24,000 nucleotides of DNA from Enterovibrio paralichthyis (GCF_019209835.1 NZ_JAHUTS010000003.1:299380-323379); one strand, 5' to 3'; positions 1 through 13,641 are shown, counted from the stretch's first letter. Notes: generated by a model not told the origin, from the sequence alone. Numbers and translations: made by a program.

Positions 1-84
1 GGGTTGTATAATTGCGTCAAGGAAGCCCAACGCAAAGCAAGCCGCACCAATTGCTGCCAACAGTGCGATAGTGAGCAGTTGCAT
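1..84 (-). CDS. Small hydrophobic protein, N-terminal fragment running off the window edge; candidate partner or immunity protein for the upstream ORF
   Basis: ATG at 84 on the minus strand, 17 nt after the stop of ORF 102..536. It reads MQLLTIALLAAIGAACFALGFLDAIIQP and is still open at position 1. It is absent from the ORF track because it has no stop in the window. No clear SD. Confidence 0.35.
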   Translation of the reverse strand, partial: MQLLTIALLAAIGAACFALGFLDAIIQP

Positions 85-101
85 AGTTCGATGATTCACT
101 G

Positions 102-536
102 TTAATTCGCCTTTAATTGTTCCACCAGCGCATCCGATATCCCATAGTTGTCATCTAAAGCAGAGAGTATTTGGTTAGCAGCGAATGTCACAACTGCAAA
201 TGTAGTCCAACCGACTACTATTGGAACGCTGAATAATGCAGTAATACCTACTGCTGCAAGAGTGCCTATTCCGGTGGAAAGAAAGCCTTTTGTCACGTCA
301 GTGGCAGTTCTTCCGATGAAGTCGCTCAACATTCTATCGTCCCGCAAAATAGTATCTACTGCGTTAACCGCGACGGAGAATATGATATCTACCACGAGCC
401 CAACAGAGAGCATTTGTCTCGCCATATTCTTGGTGCCTACACCAAGTTGGACAATTGTGGGGTTGTTTGCTTTCCAGTGATTCCTTTTGACCAGCGTTTT
501 GAGGTGGATGTCATAGTTTTGTATTTCATGGTTCAC
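102..536 (-). CDS. Hypothetical membrane protein; possible stand-alone colicin-type pore-forming domain
   Basis: ORF track. The start is GTG (plus-strand cac 534-536), directly preceded by an in-frame TAG. A roughly 40-residue hydrophobic hairpin (GFLSTGIGTLAAVGITALFSVPIVVGWTTFAVVTFAANQIL) is followed by SALDDNYGISDALVEQLKAN. This resembles the remembered C-terminal end of pore-forming colicins (colicin A ...GALIDDKFADALNNEIIRPAH). Confidence 0.5.
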   Translation of the reverse strand: MNHEIQNYDIHLKTLVKRNHWKANNPTIVQLGVGTKNMARQMLSVGLVVDIIFSVAVNAVDTILRDDRMLSDFIGRTATDVTKGFLSTGIGTLAAVGITALFSVPIVVGWTTFAVVTFAANQILSALDDNYGISDALVEQLKAN

Positions 537-655
537 CTAACGTTGCAATAACGGGCGCTTACCGAACCGCCCAAAACTGCTTTAATACATTGTATTCACT
601 AAACTTTGAAAATTTGCCGCATTGACAAAGCGTCCCATTCATAGCCTTGTTAGCT
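535..655 (-). mobile_element. Integron attC-like (VCR-like) recombination site
   Basis: The minus strand reads GCTAAC-AAGGC-TATGAATGGGACGCTTTGTCAATGCGGC...GGTAAGCGCCCGTTATTGCAAC-GTTAGGT. It begins 8 nt after the stop of ORF 663..878. The inverse-core-like GCTAAC and the core GTTAGGT (fits GTTRRRY) are complementary. GGG(A)CGCTT pairs with AAGCGCCC, leaving an extrahelical base. It resembles the remembered V. cholerae repeat TAACAAACGCCTCAAGAGGGACTGTCAACGCG. Confidence 0.55.
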
Positions 656-662
656 TTTGGGT

Positions 663-878
663 CTAATGGTTTTGTATCTGTATTTCGAAAAAATGTAATC
701 CTACAAATGCCAAAACTATAAGTCCTATAGTAATGGCTAATAAAAGCCAGAGGTAAAGCTTGTAAGGATGCATTGGATTGTCACTATCGTAATGAAATAA
801 AGCGGACAAAGTCATGTCTGCAGCGCTAGTTAAACATCCCGCAGACAGGAGTAGAAGCGCCGTGGCTACAATAGTCAT
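663..878 (-). CDS. Small hypothetical membrane or lipoprotein-like protein (71 aa)
   Basis: ORF track. N-terminal signal-like segment ending LLSAGC (imperfect lipobox) plus one C-terminal TM segment. AT-rich. Confidence 0.45.
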   Translation of the reverse strand: MTIVATALLLLSAGCLTSAADMTLSALFHYDSDNPMHPYKLYLWLLLAITIGLIVLAFVGLHFFEIQIQNH

Positions 879-994
879 ACTCCGAAAGTTAAACTCATCT
901 ACTGTTAGGAGATAGAGAAGATGACTAGAAGTCCAGAGTATCCATATTTAGCCTTTCTCGAAAATTTAACCAATTAGAACTGATCCTCCAGAAT

Positions 995-1060
995 AGCTAA
1001 CGTTTGCTGTCTGTAACCGGCACAAAAAAGCAGGCTGAATAGAACTAGGATAGGCACTTG
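995..1060 (-). mobile_element. Partial attC-like remnant (3' half only)
   Basis: The minus strand reads GTGCCGGTTACAGACAGCAAACGTTAGCT. This aligns with the 3' end of the 535..655 site (GCGCCCGTTATTGCAACGTTAGGT). I found no matching inverse-core or 5' half between the stop of ORF 1061..1489 and this segment. Confidence 0.3.
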
Positions 1061-1489
1061 CTATGGGTTTTTACGCGCATAAATATATTGTGAAATATTA
1101 ATGCCTACTATACCACCAAGGCCAAGTGCTACTTGGCAAAGCCCATATTTTAAACTGTTAGAAGAGTAAGTGCTTGATATAGCGAGTCCAACGCCACTAG
1201 CTAAGAAAAAGCAAAAAGCCAGGTGGGAAAATTGATATGGCTGCGAAATATTAAATGGATTAAGCCACCATGAAGGTGGTTGCCAAGTTGAGTCTGAAAT
1301 AGGGTTGAAAAATTGAACGCCTATAACAATTGTAAATATGGCAGGGACTAACACAAATAATAGGAAAGGGCTGGGTAGTTGATAGTCAGGCACTGGTTGG
1401 ACAACAGTCAAGCTTGTTACTAAGCCGAATAGTATGATAAGCAATCTAATGGAAAGAAATAACTTTTCTTTAGTTGTTTTATTTTCCAT
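1061..1489 (-). CDS. Hypothetical integral membrane protein (142 aa, about 4 TM)
   Basis: ORF track, hydrophobic segments, AT-rich codon usage. No recognisable family. Confidence 0.5.
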   Translation of the reverse strand: MENKTTKEKLFLSIRLLIILFGLVTSLTVVQPVPDYQLPSPFLLFVLVPAIFTIVIGVQFFNPISDSTWQPPSWWLNPFNISQPYQFSHLAFCFFLASGVGLAISSTYSSNSLKYGLCQVALGLGGIVGINISQYIYARKNP

Positions 1490-1518
1490 AATTTACATCC
1501 CACCTATGCCATTCGTTT

Positions 1519-1842
1519 TTACACCGTTACCACAATGAATGCAGCGAACATAACCACTAAACCACTAAACCACTTTATGGCAGTTTTTGACCAGCTACCA
1601 TCAGACCTTGGATGAGGTTTGTTAAATCCTTGAATAGTGATGCATTTATTGCAGTAAGGACACCGAACAATACACGCTAAAATAAAATGAACAAATGAAA
1701 AAAACATGAACACCGTAAAACAAACGACAATTGCACTTTCACTATCGTTAAAATTAAGCATATCGGAAACAAAAACGATAATTGTTAGCGCTAGAAAAAA
1801 CCATGAGAAATAAATACTGATAGCGTTGATTTTACCAACCAT
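1519..1842 (-). CDS. Hypothetical membrane protein with a CxxC...C motif (107 aa)
   Basis: ORF track. Has TM segments and the motif RCPYCNKC. It lies 29 nt upstream of ORF 1061..1489, so the two are probably co-transcribed. SD-like aaagggag sits upstream of the ATG. Confidence 0.5.
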   Translation of the reverse strand: MVGKINAISIYFSWFFLALTIIVFVSDMLNFNDSESAIVVCFTVFMFFSFVHFILACIVRCPYCNKCITIQGFNKPHPRSDGSWSKTAIKWFSGLVVMFAAFIVVTV

Positions 1843-2017
1843 GATTGATTACTCCCTTTAGGCACAAATGCATGTTTTTAATGAAATATCATCATGCGCC
1901 ACAAAATTACGAACGATAAAATACAACATTCCCACACGACTCTCGCTTTGCTTTAAGAACTTTATCAGAAGCTCTTGAATTGGAATCTGACAGAGTGCGT
2001 CCTGACGAATCCATTTA

Positions 2018-2896
2018 TCAGCTGGCTTTCCCAAGCTTTGGCGCCCGCATCACCAAAAATACGGCCAAGGCACACACGGCGAAGCCGAGAATGGTGGCGG
2101 TTGAAAAGGCTTCATCAAAAAATAGCCAGCCCTGAATAGCGGTGACTGGCGGAACCAGATAAATCACCGAGGTGACTTTCGATGCCGCGCCCTGTCCCAC
2201 CATGTAGAGGTATAGCAGTACTGCCACCACAGAGAGCGCCAGTACTGACCATGCCATGGTGAGGATGAATGTCAGCGACCAGGTAACATGGAAGCCTTCC
2301 ACCAACCAGGCCAATGGCAGGAAGAAAATGCCCGCCGCGACATATTGCCACATGGCACAGGCCACCAAATCCACACCCTGACAGAAATGCTTCTGGTATA
2401 GGGTGCCAAGGGTGATACCAATAAGCGCAGAAAATACAAAGAGGTACGCATAAACTGGTTGCGCGTCGGCGTTCCAGCTCATCTTGCCTTGCACGACAAG
2501 CCCAATACCCACAATACCGGCCACCAGACCCAGCCATTGGGCGATATTCAGACGCTCGCTGGACAGGCTTATCACAATCAGCGCAGTCAGGATGGGCTGG
2601 AAGCCAACCAGCAGGGAGGAGAGCCCCGCTGGCATACCATAGCTTATCGCCGCAAATACACCGCCAAGGTAGAAACCGTGGATCATCAACCCCGAGGCCA
2701 ATACATGGAGCAAGGTCTTGCCTTTTGGCATCGCTGGTCGCATCACGGCGAGGATCACCGCAAAGACCAGCACATTAAGCACCATACGGATAAACAGGAA
2801 AGTGGCGGCGTCGGCATAAGGCAGACCAAACTTGGCGCCGATAAAGCCTGTGCTCCACAGTAAAACAAAGATAAAGGGGATAGCCCTTTTAAACAT
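2018..2896 (-). CDS. DMT superfamily (EamA-like) permease
   Basis: Polytopic hydrophobic protein whose N-terminus MFKRAIPFIFVLLWSTGFIGAKFGL is typical of EamA/RhaT-type transporters. I set the start at the second ATG (2896). The ORF track start is 2929. Confidence 0.8.
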   Translation of the reverse strand: MFKRAIPFIFVLLWSTGFIGAKFGLPYADAATFLFIRMVLNVLVFAVILAVMRPAMPKGKTLLHVLASGLMIHGFYLGGVFAAISYGMPAGLSSLLVGFQPILTALIVISLSSERLNIAQWLGLVAGIVGIGLVVQGKMSWNADAQPVYAYLFVFSALIGITLGTLYQKHFCQGVDLVACAMWQYVAAGIFFLPLAWLVEGFHVTWSLTFILTMAWSVLALSVVAVLLYLYMVGQGAASKVTSVIYLVPPVTAIQGWLFFDEAFSTATILGFAVCALAVFLVMRAPKLGKAS

Positions 2897-3020
2897 GATG
2901 CGACGTCCTTGCGCGGGGTGATGAAACAACTACTTGGCGAAGAATGATTAAAACGTATTCAGTGTGTCACAACAAGAAGAGTATTGGGCGAGGACAAAGA
3001 GAATTCACATGTGTGGCAAT

Positions 3021-3049
3021 AACAAAACAGCGCCCGGAGGCGCTGTTTA
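3021..3049 (-). terminator. Rho-independent terminator after the distal permease
   Basis: Stem acagcgcc / ggcgctgt (3027-3034 / 3039-3046) with loop cgga. An A-run and a T-run flank it, so the minus strand reads hairpin + ttttgtt. Confidence 0.6.
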
Positions 3050-3068
3050 AATTGGATGCTTATTTGTA

Positions 3069-4505
<1,437 letters not shown>

Positions 4506-4775
4506 CTAGGGGCTGTTGACCTTTGGTGGTTAAATTTTGTTCTAGCCATAAGCGTTTTAGGCGCGGCGAGGTGTGTGCCGCCTAGTTATTCTAAGCAAAT
4601 ACACCTCAACAAAGCATAAAACGCTTAGGGCAGAACCCTTCGGGCAGCGTTTGTGGGGAATTTCTGCTGCGTTATCAGCGTCTCATGTAGGCTAGCTACA
4701 CATCGAAGCTTCTGCCTTGCATAAAATCCCCACAAACTGCTGCAAAAATCACCACCAAAGGTCAACAGCCCCTAG
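4506..4775. mobile_element. 270-bp MITE-like structured repeat, copy 1
   Basis: Perfect 25-bp terminal inverted repeats: CTAGGGGCTGTTGACCTTTGGTGGT ... ACCACCAAAGGTCAACAGCCCCTAG. Two long internal hairpins. A second copy at 16466..16735 differs by 8 substitutions and no indels in my manual alignment. Flanked by CTA/TAG. Confidence 0.8.
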
Positions 4776-4852
4776 CATTTCTTATTTTTGTCGTTGGTTA
4801 TAGCGAAGCCCCCAATGAAGATCCCTACGGGAGGCTTGGATATAACTTTAAG

Positions 4853-4879
4853 GCGGCAGGGAAGTGCTTTCCCTGCCGC
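4853..4879 (-). terminator. Stem-loop, probable terminator after the proximal permease
   Basis: 11-bp stem gcggcagggaa / ttccctgccgc with a 5-nt loop, 8 nt downstream of the stop of ORF 4887..6329. The trailing sequence on the minus strand (cttaaagttat) is only moderately T-rich. Confidence 0.5.
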
Positions 4880-4886
4880 GGGTGTG

Positions 4887-6347
<1,461 letters not shown>

Positions 6348-6463
6348 TCACGTTATATGTAGGTGTCGATACTGTTCGTGTTTGCGGTATTGCTATCGTT
6401 CATCTGAAGGACTGGCAGCCAAAGCTGCCGTCCTCCTTTTTTGTTTTGTACAGAGGGTTGTTT

Positions 6464-10030
<3,567 letters not shown>

Positions 10031-10084
10031 TCAGGGGGCCGACGTTCTTATGACAAAAAAGATATTGGGTGTCTCTGGGGTGTA

Positions 10085-10112
10085 GATATAAGTAAAAGTT
10101 TTACTAAAACAA
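10085..10112 (-). promoter_or_regulatory. Candidate ebgA promoter with embedded palindromic operator
   Basis: The minus strand reads TTGTTT - 16 nt - TATATC. The spacer consists essentially of the palindrome AGTAAAA(C/G)TTTTACT (10091-10105). The -10 lacks the final T, so this call is weak. Confidence 0.3.
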
Positions 10113-10217
10113 AATAAAGTTTTCGTTTTACTTTAACTATGTCACGAATTGCATTTCCGTCCGTGCACAAATCGTGATCGCGGTTTGAGTTATTGAGAGG
10201 ACGGTTTTTAGGTGAAA

Positions 10218-10280
10218 GCAGGAAGAGCAGGAAGAGCAGAAAAAGCAGGTAGAGCAGAGAAAGCAGAAAGGGCAGAGAAA
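10218..10280. repeat. Tandem 9-bp repeat x7 (GCAGRNARR)
   Basis: Read directly from the sequence: gcaggaaga gcaggaaga gcagaaaaa gcaggtaga gcagagaaa gcagaaagg gcagagaaa. Intergenic, between the ebgR terminator and the ebgA promoter region. Confidence 0.9.
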
Positions 10281-10281
10281 C

Positions 10282-10310
10282 AAAAAAGCACTGAATAATC
10301 AGTGCTTTTT
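10282..10310 (-). terminator. Rho-independent terminator after ebgR (bidirectional design)
   Basis: Stem gcactga / tcagtgc (10288-10294 / 10299-10305) with loop ataa, flanked by A6 and T5. Confidence 0.7.
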
Positions 10311-10330
10311 GAACGAATGTTTTGCCGCGG

Positions 10331-11368
<1,038 letters not shown>

Positions 11369-11481
11369 TTAAACCTACAGCGAACAGGGTGTTCCGTCGA
11401 ATTTGTCCAGTCTATCAGTCATCTGTGAGGAATAAAATATTTTAGTAAAACTTGTGGGTGGGTATTTAGGCTTGGTTCTCT

Positions 11482-11522
11482 AAAAGAAAAAGCCGGACGA
11501 CATGAAAGCATGATGTCCGGCT
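11482..11522 (-). terminator. Rho-independent terminator after the DUF417 gene
   Basis: The minus strand reads agccggacatcatg-cttt-catgtcgtccggct followed by ttttctttt. Long stem with a 2-nt internal mismatch. Confidence 0.7.
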
Positions 11523-11578
11523 TCAGGGAGCTTAATGGTTCATAGTGTTTTCCGGCGTGATTCGCTTTCAGTTAGCGA

Positions 11579-12076
11579 TTACTCGCCGCGAAGCAGTGCT
11601 TTAGCCAGCAGGGAAAGCGCAGCAGACAAGAGCACAATATCTTTCAGCAAGAATTGACCTGGCACCACGGAAATTGCCGGGAAACCGCCAAGGCTTGCTT
11701 CTGTCACTGGTGCAGTAAACAGAAAGCTGGTGGTGACGGCAAAGGTCACGGTTGCACTCGCTGCACCCAAAATGGCAATGGAGCGGCTAAACGGTGCCAA
11801 TACCAAGGCTACAGCTGTCAGCACTTCCACAATACCAATCAGGTTTGATGCACCTTGCAGGCTGAATACCGAATAGAGCCAGCTTGTCAGGGGGCTGGAT
11901 GCAACCAAGCCCTCAATTGCCCCGGCTTCGTATCCGGTAAATTTCATTGCGCCAATCCATGCCAGCACAATCACGATGGAAAAGCGGACTGCATTGTCAG
12001 CGAAGGTGTTGAGTGAGTGCGCGAAACCGACGCTTTCTTCGTTAATGCGAGCGTTGTATTTATTGAGCGTTGTCAT
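11579..12076 (-). CDS. DUF417 family membrane protein (YkgB/RclC-like)
   Basis: The 165-aa product starts at MTTLNKY, with SD aggag upstream (ATG at 12076). It has 4 TM segments and DUF417-like blocks: IVLAWIGAMKFTGYEA and GQFLLKDIVLL. The longer ORF-track version (to 12283) overlaps the glutaredoxin gene and is rejected. Confidence 0.75.
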   Translation of the reverse strand: MTTLNKYNARINEESVGFAHSLNTFADNAVRFSIVIVLAWIGAMKFTGYEAGAIEGLVASSPLTSWLYSVFSLQGASNLIGIVEVLTAVALVLAPFSRSIAILGAASATVTFAVTTSFLFTAPVTEASLGGFPAISVVPGQFLLKDIVLLSAALSLLAKALLRGE

Positions 12077-12119
12077 GGTGTATCTCCTTTTAAATCTGGA
12101 TCCGTTTGTAATTGGGTTG

Positions 12120-12395
12120 TTAAGCCGCAGGGCTTTGACTGGCAAGGATCTTCTCAAACTTTCCAGTGCTGATTGCTTTGAGTAAATCGTCGTTTCCGCC
12201 AACATGAATATCGCCGACGAAAATCTGTGGCACGGTGCGGCGCTGGCTTCGCTCCAGCATTTCAATAAACAACACTTGGTCATCGTCTACTTCGATTTCA
12301 CGGTAAGCTAACCCCATTCGTCCCAATACCTTCTTGGCGTTTTTACAGTGTGGGCAGTAGCTCTTGGTGTAGATTTCAATCTTGGTCATGGTCAT
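12120..12395 (-). CDS. grxC: Glutaredoxin (Grx3-like), active site CPHC
   Basis: IEIYTKSYCPHCKNAK...RRTVPQIFVGDIHVGGNDDL parallels remembered E. coli Grx3 (VEIYTKETCPYC...RRTVPQIFIDAQHIGGYDDL). The symbol is by similarity only. Confidence 0.85.
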   Translation of the reverse strand: MTMTKIEIYTKSYCPHCKNAKKVLGRMGLAYREIEVDDDQVLFIEMLERSQRRTVPQIFVGDIHVGGNDDLLKAISTGKFEKILASQSPAA

Positions 12396-12502
12396 ATCCC
12401 TGTTTCGTTTTGGTATGAGACTACTTTAGAGGTTGCGACCCGTACCATCTATGCACAATAATCTTGATTGAATACATCGATCGTCCAGTTGGGGGATAAG
12501 AA

Positions 12503-13351
12503 ATGGAAGTGATGAGTGACATCCTGCGTTCCATCCGAGTGATGGGCAGTGTGTACTTTTGCAGCCAGGTGGATGCGCCATGGACAAAAACCTTTACTGA
12601 TCTGGATTACGCCAGCTTTCACATGATCCGACGGGGCCGCTGTTGGGCAAAGATTGATGGGCGTGTGGAGCGTTTAGAGGCCGGGGATTTGATTTTTCTT
12701 GGCCCGGGACAAGACCATATTCTTTCCAGCCAGTCCCCTGAAAAGGGCAAGCCAGATCTGGATGAATCCACCATGTTGCTCTGCGGCTCGTTCAGTTTCA
12801 CCCGAACCGCCACAACCCCGTTATTGGATGTCTTCCCCCGCGTCACTATTGTGCGGGATAAGGATTTCGAATCCCTTCCCTGGTTGCGCAGTACCTTCGA
12901 TCAGCTCAGTGCGGAATACCTGTCGCAAGGGCCGGGCTCGGAGCTTATCGTCAATAAACTCACGGAAATCATCCTTGTCGAGCTTATCCGCATCAACTTT
13001 GGCCGGGAGCAGAAAAGTCCGTTTCTGGATGCGCTCAACGACAAGCGTATCTCCCGCGCTTTACAACTGCTCCACGATAATCCCCAGCAATCATGGACAC
13101 TGGAGTCCGTCGCCAGTCAGATTGGTATGTCGCGGGCTGCGTTTGCCAGCCGTTTTACCTCGCTGGTGGGGCTGCCTATGTTTGGCTATCTGACCAACCT
13201 TCGTATGCAACGGGCGCAGGAGCTGTTGCGCGAATCCCTTCTGCCCATCTATGACATTGCTGAGCAGGTGGGCTATGAGTCTGAACGTGCCTTTACCTTG
13301 ACGTTCAAGAAACACACGGGCACGACGCCAAAACGATACCGGACGCAGTAG
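12503..13351 (+). CDS. AraC-family transcriptional regulator with N-terminal cupin-type sensor domain (RclR-like)
   Basis: C-terminal AraC HTH region (WTLESVASQIGMSRAAFASRFTSLVG...GYESERAFTLTFKKHTGTTPKRYR) with an N-terminal cupin-like domain. Divergent from grx-DUF417. An alternative start is at 12512. Confidence 0.85.
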   Translation: MEVMSDILRSIRVMGSVYFCSQVDAPWTKTFTDLDYASFHMIRRGRCWAKIDGRVERLEAGDLIFLGPGQDHILSSQSPEKGKPDLDESTMLLCGSFSFTRTATTPLLDVFPRVTIVRDKDFESLPWLRSTFDQLSAEYLSQGPGSELIVNKLTEIILVELIRINFGREQKSPFLDALNDKRISRALQLLHDNPQQSWTLESVASQIGMSRAAFASRFTSLVGLPMFGYLTNLRMQRAQELLRESLLPIYDIAEQVGYESERAFTLTFKKHTGTTPKRYRTQ

Positions 13352-13413
13352 CTCACTACAGTGATTGCACAGAATGTGCGCGTTCTCCAAACCTTACAAC
13401 CTGATGAGCAGAT

Positions 13414-13641
13414 TTGCTTATCAAGCCGGGTAGGGAGCGGTTAAATATCGCTTCCGCTGCCAGATCATTTACCTATTTACGCCTCAGGGATTTCTCCCGC
13501 GGGCAATCCGTCGCATTGGGTGAAGGGGAAGTAAATCTTACTGAGGTAATGGAGCATTTGCATTTATTGCCAAAGCTGGAATGGGTTGTGGTGGAGTTTG
13601 AACCCACAGAAAACGCGCTGGAAAAATTTCAGAGAAAGTAA
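13414..13641 (+). pseudogene. Probable C-terminal remnant of a sugar-phosphate isomerase/epimerase (xylose-isomerase-like TIM barrel) gene
   Basis: Only the tail ...LGEGEVNLTEVMEHLHLLPKLEWVVVEFEPTENALEKF resembles the usual C-terminus of that family. Non-ATG start, no N-terminal barrel and no SD. Confidence 0.35.

Noticed and set aside
102-878. ORFs 663-878 and 102-536 are in the same reading frame, which suggested one disrupted gene (pseudogene).
   Set aside because: The interval carries four in-frame stops: TAG 663-665, TGA 639-641, TAA 582-584 and TAG 537-539. It is also occupied by the attC-like element. Two separate cassette ORFs is the simpler reading.
4506-4775. Considered whether the 270-bp repeat is an integron attC, a CRISPR-related repeat, a tRNA-like gene or a known riboswitch.
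   Set aside because: It is far longer than attC sites and lacks the RYYYAAC/GTTRRRY ends. There are only two dispersed copies, with no spacer array. I recognise no tRNA cloverleaf dimensions or conserved riboswitch cores. The perfect TIRs plus CTA/TAG flanks fit a MITE best.
10218-10280. Considered the 9-bp repeat tract as a mini-CRISPR or as a coding collagen-like or AGR/AEK repeat peptide.
   Set aside because: The repeats are contiguous with no spacers. There is no start codon or SD, and no ORF in the track covers the tract.
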